Below the pieces are notes generated by a model. The model was given only the letters and a program-made list of their open reading frames with translations. It was not told the origin of the DNA and made no database searches. This document shows, one piece after another, positions 45,321 to 55,086 of a DNA stretch of 64,000 nucleotides (position 1 is the first letter of the stretch; every line of letters starts with the position of its first letter). The stretch lies in the NCBI GenBank assembly GCA_017999915.1, contig JAGNKX010000006.1, forward strand, positions 64,077-128,076, in the 5' to 3' direction. Source of the stretch: Spirochaetota bacterium. Its GTDB lineage: Bacteria; Spirochaetota; UBA4802; UBA5550. The position numbers and the translations under genes were made by a program.

Positions 45321-47261
45321 TTGGCATCATCAAAACAACAGCCTCTTCATAAGCGTCTCCTCAATGTTATCTTCAAACAGAACAGGGAGATCGGCGATCT
45401 CGTCAATGTCCGGGAGGTCTATTTCGGCCTGAGGAGCAGGGTCCTGGGGCTCCTCGCCCTGGTGATGATCGTCGTCGTGTCGATCCTCGCGGTCGTCATG
45501 TACTTCAATAACCGCCGCCTCGTGGAGAGTGAGAAGAGCGCCAAGGCGCGGTCCCTCACCCATATCCTCACCGGCCCGGCGGAGTTCTATCTCGACAAGA
45601 CCAATAAGACCACGGCGGAGGAGCTGCAGACCAAGTACCAGATCATCCAGCGTGAATCCCAGAATTTTTTGACCTACAATGACGACATAGTAAAGATCAT
45701 TCTCACCGATGAGTCCGGCAGGACCAGGTTCAGCACCAGCCCCTGGGATTACCGCCGCAGGGACGTGCCGCCCTACATCAGGGGGGGGCTTCTGCAGAAA
45801 GAGGAAAAGCTGGTATCCACGGATTACACGGAGCAAGTGAAGGAACCCAAAAAGAAAAAAACGCGCGCCGCCAGCTACCGGGCGCTTACCTATCCGATAC
45901 TGCTCCACAAGGGCGAAACGGTCAACATTCTGCAGGACTTCAACCGCTTCTATGGCGAATACCACGGGGCGGGCAAGGGGAGAAAAAGCCGGATCTACTT
46001 CTACCTGTGGAGCAGGCACAGGGATCTCCTCGGCAAGGACTTTGATCCGGCGGCGGCAAGCAGGGATAAGGGTAAGCCGAAAGGGAGGACGGAGGCCCCG
46101 AGGGTCTCGAAGGTGTATGATGTCGATTTTCTCTTCCTGGCTCTGTTCAATCACTGCATGACCTCCAGGAACAGGAGGATCCTTCCCCGGGAGAGGTGGC
46201 TCTGGAACGACCGCTGGCTTTTCGCCCTGAAAGAGGACAAAATGAAGGCCTACCGCGACGACGCTTCAGCCAGGGCCAAGGAGATCGACGACCTCATACA
46301 GTCGCGGATCCGCGGCCTTGCAGCCCGGGTCGAGGAGAGCAGGAGGCTCGGCGTCCTGGCCGTGGTCTTCAACGTGGACTCGTTCAGGAAGGTTCCCACC
46401 GGGAACATCGAGCTGATCATGAAGATCGCCCTGGTCATGATCGCCGTCGGCTGCGCGGCGGTCCTCGTTGTCCTCAACTTCAGCGTCAGGAACCTCAAGA
46501 AGCTCGAGAAGTGGGCCATTTCCGTCAGCAGGGGCAACCTCGACGAAAAGATAGAGATCGCCTCCAACGACGAGATCGGCAGGCTCGGCGACATCACGAA
46601 CTACATGATCGACGAGATCAGGGCGAAGTACCATCTCGAGAAGTTCGTGTCGCGCTCCACGAGGAGCATGATCAGCGGGTCCATGACCGCCGAGAACGGG
46701 CCTGACCTCGGGGTGACCGGGAGAAAGACACTGGCCTTCATTTTCTCGGACGTCCGCGGCTTCACGTCGTTCTCGGAGAAGAACGACCCGGAGACCGTCA
46801 TCGAGGTGCTCAATTATTACCTCGAGCTCCAGTCGAACATCATCAAGGGCAACAAGGGCGATATCGACGATTTCGTCGGCGACCAGATCATGGCCCATTT
46901 CTCGGGGGAGACGAGGGCCGACAGGGCCATCGACACCGCGATAAAGATAATGAAGAGCGTCGCCGGCACCAACGCCGAAAGAGCAGGGGCCGGCCTCCCG
47001 GTCTTCGAGGTGGGCATCGGGGTCCACGAGGGAGACGTCGTGACGGGCAATATCGGGTCGAAGTTCAGGATGGATTTCGCCTGCGTCGGCGATGCGGTGA
47101 ACCTGACGTCGCGGCTCTGCTCCGCCGCCGGGGCCGGGGAGATCTTCGTTTCGCAGGACCTATTCGACCGGGCGAAGAAAAAATACGCCGTGGCCGGGCG
47201 GCCCTCCATCGAGGTCAAGGGGAAGGAAAAAAGGGTGAAGATCGTGAAGATCGACTACTGA
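45321..47261 (+). CDS. Membrane-anchored class III adenylate/guanylate cyclase with a HAMP domain.
   Basis: 646 aa with TM segments and a HAMP region (NLKKLEKWAISVSRGNLDEKIEIASNDEIGRLGD). It has a cyclase core (LAFIFSDVRGFTSFSE...VGDQIMAHF...EVGIGVHEGDVVTGNIGS). Confidence 0.8.
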   Translation: MASSKQQPLHKRLLNVIFKQNREIGDLVNVREVYFGLRSRVLGLLALVMIVVVSILAVVMYFNNRRLVESEKSAKARSLTHILTGPAEFYLDKTNKTTAEELQTKYQIIQRESQNFLTYNDDIVKIILTDESGRTRFSTSPWDYRRRDVPPYIRGGLLQKEEKLVSTDYTEQVKEPKKKKTRAASYRALTYPILLHKGETVNILQDFNRFYGEYHGAGKGRKSRIYFYLWSRHRDLLGKDFDPAAASRDKGKPKGRTEAPRVSKVYDVDFLFLALFNHCMTSRNRRILPRERWLWNDRWLFALKEDKMKAYRDDASARAKEIDDLIQSRIRGLAARVEESRRLGVLAVVFNVDSFRKVPTGNIELIMKIALVMIAVGCAAVLVVLNFSVRNLKKLEKWAISVSRGNLDEKIEIASNDEIGRLGDITNYMIDEIRAKYHLEKFVSRSTRSMISGSMTAENGPDLGVTGRKTLAFIFSDVRGFTSFSEKNDPETVIEVLNYYLELQSNIIKGNKGDIDDFVGDQIMAHFSGETRADRAIDTAIKIMKSVAGTNAERAGAGLPVFEVGIGVHEGDVVTGNIGSKFRMDFACVGDAVNLTSRLCSAAGAGEIFVSQDLFDRAKKKYAVAGRPSIEVKGKEKRVKIVKIDY

Positions 47262-47335
47262 CACGATTTGTTATTGAAGTTTTTGCCGCCTTCGTGTAAT
47301 ACTGCTGAAATACATCACGGGAAAGGAGAGACGGT

Positions 47336-47953
47336 ATGGCCGAGGTTAAGTTCGTTATAGCTCTTGATAAGAAGCTGATGGAGGAGGGAATCATCGATCC
47401 CGCGTACATGGATGACTACAAGAAGGTCCACGCCATGCTCAACACCCACGTGAGAAAGACCGGAAAGATCCTTTCCGAGGAGACCTTTGACCGCGGGGAT
47501 CAGCAGCTCAGGAAGTGGCTCATGGTCCTCTACCGCCAGGGGGCGCCCCAGGAAAAGCTTTCCAGCTACCTGCGGTGCGGCCTTGCCCATCTCTGCTTTG
47601 ATTTTATCGAATCGTCCTATCACGCCATTTCAACCGATGACCTGGTCACGAGGGCCATCCAGTCCTTTAAAAAACGGAATTTCCACAAGACCTACTTCAG
47701 GGTCGCACCATCGGAGATCAAGGCTCCCGCCGGGAAAAAGAAGAAAGCGGTAAAAAAGAAATCCCCGAAGGCCGCGAAAAAGAAATCGCCCGCAAAGAAA
47801 GCCGTCAAAAAGAAAGCGGTGAAGAAAAAAACCGTGAAGAAGGCGGTGAAAAAGACAGCCGTCAAAAAGAAGAAGGCTCCCGCCCGCTCGAAGGGGAAGA
47901 AAAAAGGAAAATCAAAAAATAAAAAAGGCATTTTCGCCCGTCTCTTCGGCTAG
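47336..47953 (+). CDS. Protein with a histone H1-like lysine-rich C-terminal tail (KKAVKKK repeats); a putative nucleoid-associated / DNA-binding protein.
   Basis: 205 aa. The C-terminal 80 aa is almost pure AKK(A/S)VKKK repeats. The N-terminal domain is unrecognised. Confidence 0.55.
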   Translation: MAEVKFVIALDKKLMEEGIIDPAYMDDYKKVHAMLNTHVRKTGKILSEETFDRGDQQLRKWLMVLYRQGAPQEKLSSYLRCGLAHLCFDFIESSYHAISTDDLVTRAIQSFKKRNFHKTYFRVAPSEIKAPAGKKKKAVKKKSPKAAKKKSPAKKAVKKKAVKKKTVKKAVKKTAVKKKKAPARSKGKKKGKSKNKKGIFARLFG

Positions 47954-47998
47954 TACTTCCGAATAGCTATTTCTGTCGCATAGCCGTATTCCTCTTGG

Positions 47999-48022
47999 GT
48001 CTAAGGGGCGAAGCCCCTTGGA
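47999..48022. terminator. Hairpin AAGGGGC-gaa-GCCCCTT. It is a probable bidirectional terminator between convergent genes. The same hairpin type occurs at 1340-1358.
   Basis: Read directly. Confidence 0.4.
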
Positions 48023-48039
48023 AAGCCCCCGCAGAGCAA

Positions 48040-48897
48040 TTATTTTTTCCACCGGTCGGTGTTGTAGACCATCTTCAGCTGGATGAGGACGTCGTCGATG
48101 GTGTCGGGACTGAGGGGCGGAATCACCATCATCCGCACAAAGGGATCATGGCGCTTCACCTGAAGGAGCGCCTCCTTGTCCGCGTTGGTCAGCGCCTCGC
48201 TGAAGGCGACAAGCCTTGCATTGGTGCCGATGTATTCCTCGGCCAGCCTGCCCGGTTCCTCCACCCGGTACACGTCCTTGTTCGGAATGAAATCGGGCGA
48301 TATCTCGAATTTCTTGTCGAACTTGTGCGACAGCATCGATCCGACCAGGTCGATGCTCTTCCGGTAACCGTCCCTCTCGGCGTATTCATTGGACTGTATG
48401 GATCCGTACAGTATGATGCCGTTTTCCGAGCTGCGGAGGAAGAATTTCTGGGACGCCTCGACATATATCTTATTTCCCTTCCATTTGTGGAGGTCGAGTC
48501 TTTCGCCGTGCCTGAAAACGATCTCCTGCTGGGACTGCCTCCCGTCGTTCCAATAGATATCGCCGATGATCTGGAAGAATCGTTTGCGTTTCGACTGCGC
48601 GTTTATCAGGTCGAGTTCGGCCAGGAGCTTCTCCATCGTTACGGAATCGACCCAGCGTACGGGCCGGCGGTATTCCACCGGGTATTCGCGGATGAGGTAC
48701 TCGTACAGGGTGACATCGTATCGCACGTCCAGCTCTTTGACGCCGTTTTTCTGGAGCTGGTTCGCGTGGAGCAGCAGCACCTCGGAGCCCGCCCTGTACT
48801 TTTTTCCCTCGATGACGGTATCATGCAGATAGAAGCAGTTGAATTCGTCCGTGTACTTGTTGATCAGGTACTGGAGTTTTTTTATTTCTATTATCAT
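48040..48897 (-). CDS. Hypothetical protein.
   Basis: 285 aa with plausible amino acid composition. There is no ORF on the other strand. Confidence 0.45.
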   Translation of the reverse strand: MIIEIKKLQYLINKYTDEFNCFYLHDTVIEGKKYRAGSEVLLLHANQLQKNGVKELDVRYDVTLYEYLIREYPVEYRRPVRWVDSVTMEKLLAELDLINAQSKRKRFFQIIGDIYWNDGRQSQQEIVFRHGERLDLHKWKGNKIYVEASQKFFLRSSENGIILYGSIQSNEYAERDGYRKSIDLVGSMLSHKFDKKFEISPDFIPNKDVYRVEEPGRLAEEYIGTNARLVAFSEALTNADKEALLQVKRHDPFVRMMVIPPLSPDTIDDVLIQLKMVYNTDRWKK

Positions 48898-49206
48898 ATG
48901 GGTCCTGACACCGCGCCCATGCCGCGGTGACGGCGATCATGGCTCTGATGATAATTTCACGGGTTTACGACATTCAATATCAGTCAGAAAAAAAATCAAA
49001 CTATTTTTGATTGCAGCGGTTCTGAGGCGGATCATTGTCCTGTGCGGCCATGGCGCTGAATTGGCGGAAAGGTCAACATTGAAACCTCGGGAGCCGCTGA
49101 TTGTATACAATATGAAATGCCGAATTCGTCCTGTGATGCGAAGACCTTCCGCCTTTATGGCGGTTTGGATCGTCAGGGGCATGCCGCGGCCATGGAGGGG
49201 CGGCCC

Positions 49207-50451
49207 TTATTTTTTTATTATCCTGAATTCCGTGCGCCTGTTCAGCTCGTCATAGTCCTTGCCGGTCCGGTTAACCACGGGCTGGGTTTTGCCGGCTCCC
49301 TTGATGCTGAAACGCCCGGCATCGAGGCCTTTTTCCGTGAGGTACTTTTTCACCGCTTCGGCCCTTGCGCGGCTCAGCCGGTTGTTGTAGTCGTCGGTGC
49401 CGTGGAGGTCCGTGTGGCCGATGATCTCGACGTTCGTATCGCCGTGCTCCTTGATGAACTGGAAGAGGGCGTCAAGATAGGGGTATGATTCTTTCCGGAT
49501 CACGGCCTCGTTGAAATCGAAATGGATGGCCCGGGTCTCGAAGGCCGCGTCCTTTGTGAAGACGAAGGATGAATAAAGGTCGAAGAGGCCGGAGCCCCCG
49601 GGCCGGTCTGAGCAGAGGTAGTACCTCTGGTCGGCCCGGGACAGGTATATCTCGTTTTCCGCGCCGTTGACCCTGTCCCCCAGGTTCTGAGGCGCGCCGA
49701 ATTTCCCGTCTTTATACGACACGAAGTAGATGTCGAACTTGCCGATGCTGTCGTTCCTGTTGGAGGCGAAAAAGAATCCCTTCAGGTCTTCGGCCGGGAT
49801 GAGGGCCACATCCTGGAACCCGCTGTTGAAGGGGGTAGGGAGGGGCCTGGAATTCACGAACCTGCCGTCGCGAAACTCCGCCTGCACCAGGGCGCTCCTG
49901 CTCATGTCGCCGAAGAGCCAGGTGCTGTAATAGATCGTTTTACCGTCCCTGCTCAGGCTCGGCGTTTTTTCATGGAACCGGGTGTTCACGTCCCCGGGAA
50001 GGGGTTCCGGCGCCGACCATTGGCCGTTCACCCGCCTGGACCAGTACAGGTCAAAGGATACTTTTATCTGGTTGCGGCTGTCGGGGGGCATCTCGACGCT
50101 CCCGTCACGGTCCGAAGAAAACAGGAGGATCGTGCCGTCGGCCGAGATGAAGGGCGTCTCGTCGTTGAAGGGAGAATTGAGCTGTTCCAGCGGAACCGGA
50201 TCGCTCCATGCACCGTCCTTCAGGCAGGTGATATAGAGGTCCTGGTACTTGCCGTTCCTGTTTGAATTGAATATCATGTAGCTCCCGTCGGGACTGATGG
50301 CCGGCGCGAAATCGTTCCTGGTGCTGTTCACCGGAGAGCCGATATTCTTAGGCGGTTCATAGGATGAGAAGGACTGTGCGGTGAGATGGCCCCATGCCAT
50401 TGCTAGTGAAATGCAGGTCAGGATTCCCACTGGTAGTTTTACAAGTTGCAT
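49207..50451 (-). CDS. OmpA-family protein with TolB/WD40-like beta-propeller repeats.
   Basis: 414 aa with a signal peptide. It has repeated NDxxP(S/A)ISxDG motifs. It has a C-terminal OmpA peptidoglycan-binding domain (...NRLSRARAEAV...NRRTEF). Confidence 0.8.
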   Translation of the reverse strand: MQLVKLPVGILTCISLAMAWGHLTAQSFSSYEPPKNIGSPVNSTRNDFAPAISPDGSYMIFNSNRNGKYQDLYITCLKDGAWSDPVPLEQLNSPFNDETPFISADGTILLFSSDRDGSVEMPPDSRNQIKVSFDLYWSRRVNGQWSAPEPLPGDVNTRFHEKTPSLSRDGKTIYYSTWLFGDMSRSALVQAEFRDGRFVNSRPLPTPFNSGFQDVALIPAEDLKGFFFASNRNDSIGKFDIYFVSYKDGKFGAPQNLGDRVNGAENEIYLSRADQRYYLCSDRPGGSGLFDLYSSFVFTKDAAFETRAIHFDFNEAVIRKESYPYLDALFQFIKEHGDTNVEIIGHTDLHGTDDYNNRLSRARAEAVKKYLTEKGLDAGRFSIKGAGKTQPVVNRTGKDYDELNRRTEFRIIKK

Positions 50452-50683
50452 ACATATTATCCCCTATTTACTATTAACGGTTTTTACTGTCAATTCTTGA
50501 GAAAAATTTTTAATGATGCCATTGGAAACATTGATAATAATTAAGCTTTGCAGAAAGTTTTATATATAAAAATTAATATAAATTAAACACATAATATGTA
50601 TTATTAAAAAAACCCATCTGTATGGGATTTAATAATTGACTTTGTTTCTTACTATTATTATAATGAACTTAAAGAGGAGAATA

Positions 50684-50848
50684 ATGGGAATGTTAACCGC
50701 AATAATGATTAAAATCCATGATAGAATAGTGGATCTCATGGAAACATATCTTGGAACGCATAATAATATGATGCCTTCCCCGGTAAAGGTTCGTGGAAAA
50801 AATGAAAAAAATAAGGTCGTTGCAGGATCATGGAAAATCGATCGATGA
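50684..50848 (+). CDS. Small ORF (54 aa) translationally coupled to the STAS gene (ATGA overlap).
   Basis: The RBS AAAGAGGAGAATA lies before the ATG. The stop TGA overlaps the MKQVEF start. It sits in a low-GC islet. Confidence 0.35.
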   Translation: MGMLTAIMIKIHDRIVDLMETYLGTHNNMMPSPVKVRGKNEKNKVVAGSWKIDR

Positions 50849-51198
50849 AACAAGTTGAATTTGAAATGATAGATAATATCATCATCCTGCACCTGGAAGG
50901 GGACATGAATTCATGCGGGATCATGAACGTTGAAAGCGTTCTGGATGAGATCATGGAAAGGAATCCCATCACCATAGCGGTGGATTGCGGCAGGCTCCTT
51001 GTTCTTGATTCCGTGACCGTCTCGCAATTGACGAAATATCTGAAAAAGGCAAAGAGCAATAATATAGAACTGGTGCTCTATAATATCAATCCTGAAGTGC
51101 TCATGACCATCACATTGATGCAGGTGGACGGGCTGTTCACCCTTGTTACTGAGGAACAGTTCGAACGGCGGTATATAAACAAGGAGATGCTTAACTAG
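50845..51198 (+). CDS. STAS-domain anti-sigma-factor antagonist (SpoIIAA-like).
   Basis: About 117 aa. It has the STAS pattern (...IIILHLEGDMNSCGIMNVESVLDEI...DCGRLLVLDSVTVSQL). Confidence 0.7.
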   Translation: MKQVEFEMIDNIIILHLEGDMNSCGIMNVESVLDEIMERNPITIAVDCGRLLVLDSVTVSQLTKYLKKAKSNNIELVLYNINPEVLMTITLMQVDGLFTLVTEEQFERRYINKEMLN

Positions 51199-51227
51199 GA
51201 ACGGCCCGCGCACCGGGCAGCTTGTTT

Positions 51228-52319
51228 TTAGTATGAATGGCGGATGAATTTTTTTATCAGAATATAGCCTGATCCTTTTTCCAGAACTGCGGCATTATCG
51301 TAGCCCACCACGATGCTGATTCTCGTAAATCCCGACAAGCTCTTTGTCAACAACATCACCAGCGACGATATGATGGTGGCGTCTATGGTGCAAAGGTTTC
51401 CTATGTTGATGACCACGTCATCGTTCTTGTGAAATTGCCTGCCACCTATGCCCTTCACGATGGAGTCACTCAGTTGTCCGGCGACCTCAGCCTGGTTTTT
51501 ATACTCCCATCTGCCGACGACGTAAAACTGATCGGCGGAAAAGGAGCTGAATGACGCGATCCTGTCTTTGCCGACCGGGACTCCGTCACAGTACACCGTG
51601 GCGTCGTCGACACGGAACACGATATGGGCCACGGGCGCTTCGGCCGAGTTTTTTTTCGCGGCCTGGGCCTGCCGGGGGGCCGAATCCTTCTCTTCCGGCC
51701 GTTCCGATGAATGTTCGATTTCTTCTCCCGTGGAAAGCGCGATTACGGTCTTTTCGAAAGAAGCTTCGAAGGAGTCGCCCTGAATCGGCACGATCCGGAA
51801 TGTCCGGTTGAATTGGGCCGGATCCTTCTTTATGCCCGCTATGAGGGTGTTGACCTCCTCGTTGTCCGACTTCATGATGTCGAGAAGCGATACCGGATTT
51901 TTCTGGAACGCCGCGGCTTCGGCGAAATCGGCCTGATCCGTGATGAGGACGAAGGCGATACTGTTTTCGCCCAGCTCGTTTCTCTTCATCATGATGACCA
52001 GGGAAATGAAAAACGTCCGCAGCAGTTTCCTGTGGTCGGAATCGTTGATCGAATCGGGGCCCAGGTTGATCCGATAGTCGAGGATCAACATGGCCGGCGG
52101 CCCCCAGTCCTTTATCAGGCGCGTAAAGGACTTTCTGATGAATACCGTGTTTTGCGTTTCCTTCAGGGAATTCTTGATCACGGTGATGGAGTTCAGCGAT
52201 TCATATTCGGTATTGACGGTGATGCGGTATTTGCCGAGCATCGATCTGGCATGGGAGCCAAGGGCGGAGTTGCCTGTTATCAGCAGGGCCTGTTTATTTC
52301 TGGCGTTGGCGCTGTCCAT
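51228..52319 (-). CDS. Hypothetical two-domain protein with a C-terminal STAS-like domain.
   Basis: About 363 aa from MDSANARNK. The C-terminus (...VINIGNLCTIDATIISSLVMLLTKSL...) is STAS-like. The N-terminus is unrecognised. Confidence 0.45.
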   Translation of the reverse strand: MDSANARNKQALLITGNSALGSHARSMLGKYRITVNTEYESLNSITVIKNSLKETQNTVFIRKSFTRLIKDWGPPAMLILDYRINLGPDSINDSDHRKLLRTFFISLVIMMKRNELGENSIAFVLITDQADFAEAAAFQKNPVSLLDIMKSDNEEVNTLIAGIKKDPAQFNRTFRIVPIQGDSFEASFEKTVIALSTGEEIEHSSERPEEKDSAPRQAQAAKKNSAEAPVAHIVFRVDDATVYCDGVPVGKDRIASFSSFSADQFYVVGRWEYKNQAEVAGQLSDSIVKGIGGRQFHKNDDVVINIGNLCTIDATIISSLVMLLTKSLSGFTRISIVVGYDNAAVLEKGSGYILIKKFIRHSY

Positions 52320-52507
52320 TGTACCGTACCATGATGCCCGGCAGCGGAAATCCAATGCGTGCCCGGCCAATAACACTTTAGGATATAATTGAAAGATGTC
52401 AATAGCTTTATGCGGCGGGGCCCGATAATTGCAACCCGGCCGGGCCCCATGACCTGACCATGATACCATGGGCAGGTCATGGGGTTTTTACTGGCGGGAG
52501 TGGATCG

Positions 52508-53545
52508 TCAGTCGTTATAAAAAGTCATCTCGGTATAGTTTTTCCCCTTGACCGGCTTGCCCTTTATGGAGCCGTCAACGGTGCAGAGTCCCTCCCAGTA
52601 GCTGGGCGTCTTGACATGGTGGATGCTCTGTGCGTCGAAGATGGGCTTCACGGTAAACCGCGCGTCGAGGTCTTTAATCGCGATGGTCCAGTCCACGGGA
52701 TAGGTGGCCTTTCCGGCGTCGTCCCGCCATTTGCGCGCCGCCGTTATGGTCGCGCTGGACCCATAGGAGGCCGAGCCGTCAGGGGCGCGGTAGGTCCATT
52801 CGACACGGTGGGGCTTGTCATTCTTGTCCCTGATGTTAAAGAGCATCAGGGCGCCGCCGTCGTCAAAGCGCATGGAGAACCAGTCCCAGTGCATGCCCGG
52901 GATCTTGAAGTTGCCCCACTGGTGGTCCATCCAGGTCCTCCCGGAGACCACCTTGTGCTCCTTGCCGTTGTAGGCGATGGTGCCCTCGGTCGCCAGGTCG
53001 GTGAAGGAGTAGTAGGCCGATTCGCGGTCGTCTCCCATGAGAATGCCGCCGTCCTCGCCGTGGAGCAGGACGCCCTGCTTCGATTTCAGCTTGAGGTTCA
53101 GCTTGATGCCGTTGCTGTCCGCGGCTATGGCGAAACCGTTGGGATCGTTGTAAGCGTAGTTGAATTTCCCGATATTGACCTCAGCTTTCGTCCGGTCAGG
53201 CTTTATCGAGTAGAGGGGGGCGATGTATTCGCCCAGGTAGTGTTTCTTCGCGTCCAGGTCGCTCACGGCCACGTGGCCCACATATGCGAAGTCCATGAGG
53301 TACCAGCGCACCTTGCCCATCTGGAATATGGTGAACTCGTAGCCGAATTCCTTCCCGCTGTCGGTCCTGACGACGCCGGTGAAGTAGAGCCATTCAGCGT
53401 ATACAAAGTGGAGGCCATGGTCCCTCGGGAACGTGAAGGGTTTTTTTACCTCTTCATAGTTGGTCCGCGCCGCGCTCACGATGAAGAACACGACGATGAG
53501 TGTCAGGATTATCGCAGACGCGATAAAAAATCTCTTTTTATTCAT
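52508..53545 (-). CDS. AttH/CrtC-like (hydroxyneurosporene synthase superfamily, lipocalin-like) secreted protein.
   Basis: 345 aa with a signal anchor. It has FPRDHGLH...EWLYFTG, which is typical of the CrtC/AttH family. Confidence 0.6.
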   Translation of the reverse strand: MNKKRFFIASAIILTLIVVFFIVSAARTNYEEVKKPFTFPRDHGLHFVYAEWLYFTGVVRTDSGKEFGYEFTIFQMGKVRWYLMDFAYVGHVAVSDLDAKKHYLGEYIAPLYSIKPDRTKAEVNIGKFNYAYNDPNGFAIAADSNGIKLNLKLKSKQGVLLHGEDGGILMGDDRESAYYSFTDLATEGTIAYNGKEHKVVSGRTWMDHQWGNFKIPGMHWDWFSMRFDDGGALMLFNIRDKNDKPHRVEWTYRAPDGSASYGSSATITAARKWRDDAGKATYPVDWTIAIKDLDARFTVKPIFDAQSIHHVKTPSYWEGLCTVDGSIKGKPVKGKNYTEMTFYND

Positions 53546-53744
53546 GGTATCACCCTGGAAAAATTTTCTTTCTGGCCATGGATGCTGATGCCATTCGTGG
53601 CCTATTCATTGAAAATTTTGATGAGTATTGAGTCAACAAATAAAACCCGTTTTTTTCAAGTATCGGACCGATCATTCCCCTCCATTGGCCAAAGTCCAAT
53701 GAATAAGCCTGTTATCCGGTGAAATTCTTGACAAAACCGGGATG

Positions 53745-53771
53745 TTTTGGCAAAAATAGTTTTGTGCAAAA
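53745..53771. promoter_or_regulatory. Two palindromic boxes, TTTTGGCAAAA-ATAG-TTTTGTGCAAAA, overlapping the -10 of a TTGACA promoter (-35 at 53728-53733). Candidate MarR autoregulatory operator.
   Basis: Read directly. The site is in the divergent region between the AttH-like and MarR genes. Confidence 0.5.
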
Positions 53772-53817
53772 CTAATTATTCCCCCTGCGTGGAGCCGTAA
53801 AACCTGTAAAGGATGCT

Positions 53818-54255
53818 GTGTGCCTGATGGAAGTGAACCGGAACAATTTTCTGTATGCGCTGACAAAAATCCGCCAGCGCATTTTCGCCTTTCTTGAGGA
53901 GGAAATGGCAGAGAAGGACATCGACGACATCGCGCCGTCGCACGGCCATATCCTTTTTATCCTGGATACGAAGGGCCCGCTCTCCCTGATGGAGCTGGCC
54001 CGGTTCGCGGAAAAGGACAAGTCCACGGTGTCGTCGGTGATCACACGGCTCGAGGAGAAGGGCTATGTCGCCAAGGTAAAAGGCGCTGAGGACGGCCGCT
54101 TTGTGAAGATCAGGCTCACTGCGCGGGCGAAAAAGATCAGGCCCGTATTGTGGGGCATATCGGCCGCGATGAATGAGAGGCTTTTCCGCGGCTTCAGCCA
54201 GGATGAAAAGTCTAAGCTTTTCGAGCTTGTCGGGAAAATGTTGAATAACTTATAA
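53818..54255 (+). CDS. MarR-family transcriptional regulator.
   Basis: 145 aa. It has a winged-HTH pattern (LSLMELARFAEKDKSTVSSVITRLEEKGYVAK). Confidence 0.8.
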   Translation: MCLMEVNRNNFLYALTKIRQRIFAFLEEEMAEKDIDDIAPSHGHILFILDTKGPLSLMELARFAEKDKSTVSSVITRLEEKGYVAKVKGAEDGRFVKIRLTARAKKIRPVLWGISAAMNERLFRGFSQDEKSKLFELVGKMLNNL

Positions 54256-54276
54256 TCTGAGCGGAGTCGGTTCACC

Positions 54277-55086
54277 ATGATAGAATCAAGCGTCTTTGAA
54301 GAGGTAATACAGATACGGATGAGCAGGGAAATTGGCGGCAGGGCCCTTTACTGGGTGGCCGCATACCTGGTGGACGGCCTTCTCATAGACACGGGGTGCA
54401 GCTACACCTCGAAGGAGCTGCTCTCGTTCCTGGCCGGGAAGGATGTGAGGCTCGCGGTCAATACCCATTTTCACGAGGACCATGTCGGGGGGAATCGCGA
54501 CATCATCAATGCCCTGGGCATCCCGGTCTATGCCCATCCCGACTCTGTTCCGCTCATAGGGAAGCGGCAGGAGCTGTTCCCGTACCAGGAAATGGTCTGG
54601 GGCCATCCGGCGCCGTCCGTTGTCGAGCCCGTACCGGAAATCATCAGGACCGAACACTGCTCCTTCACGGTGATGGAAACGCCGGGCCACAGCGCCGGCC
54701 ATATCGCCCTCGCGGAGCCGGCCCGGGGATGGTTCTTCACCGGCGATATCTTTTCTCGGGAAAAGCCCAAGTTCATACGGCCGGAAGAGAACATCGGTCA
54801 GACCATCGCGTCCATGAGAAGGATCATGGAGGTTCCCGCCGGGCGCCACGTCCTGTTCACCTCCGTGGGCAAGATCGTGGAAAACGGCCGCGCCGCCCTT
54901 GGAGCGAGCGTCGATTATCTGACCGGCCTTGCCGGGTCCGCGAAGCGGCTGAAGGGCGAAGGCATGGGTCCGGAGGATATCATGAAGGAACTGTTCGGCG
55001 GGGAGCATGACTTTGCCCGGCTCACCGACGGCCAGTACACGACCCTCAACCTGGTGCGTTCCCTGCTGGAGGCCGGGGGAGCGTAG
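54277..55086 (+). CDS. MBL-fold metallo-hydrolase.
   Basis: 269 aa. It has a HxHxDH motif (THFHEDHVGGN) and a downstream His (TPGHSAGH). Confidence 0.8.
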   Translation: MIESSVFEEVIQIRMSREIGGRALYWVAAYLVDGLLIDTGCSYTSKELLSFLAGKDVRLAVNTHFHEDHVGGNRDIINALGIPVYAHPDSVPLIGKRQELFPYQEMVWGHPAPSVVEPVPEIIRTEHCSFTVMETPGHSAGHIALAEPARGWFFTGDIFSREKPKFIRPEENIGQTIASMRRIMEVPAGRHVLFTSVGKIVENGRAALGASVDYLTGLAGSAKRLKGEGMGPEDIMKELFGGEHDFARLTDGQYTTLNLVRSLLEAGGA

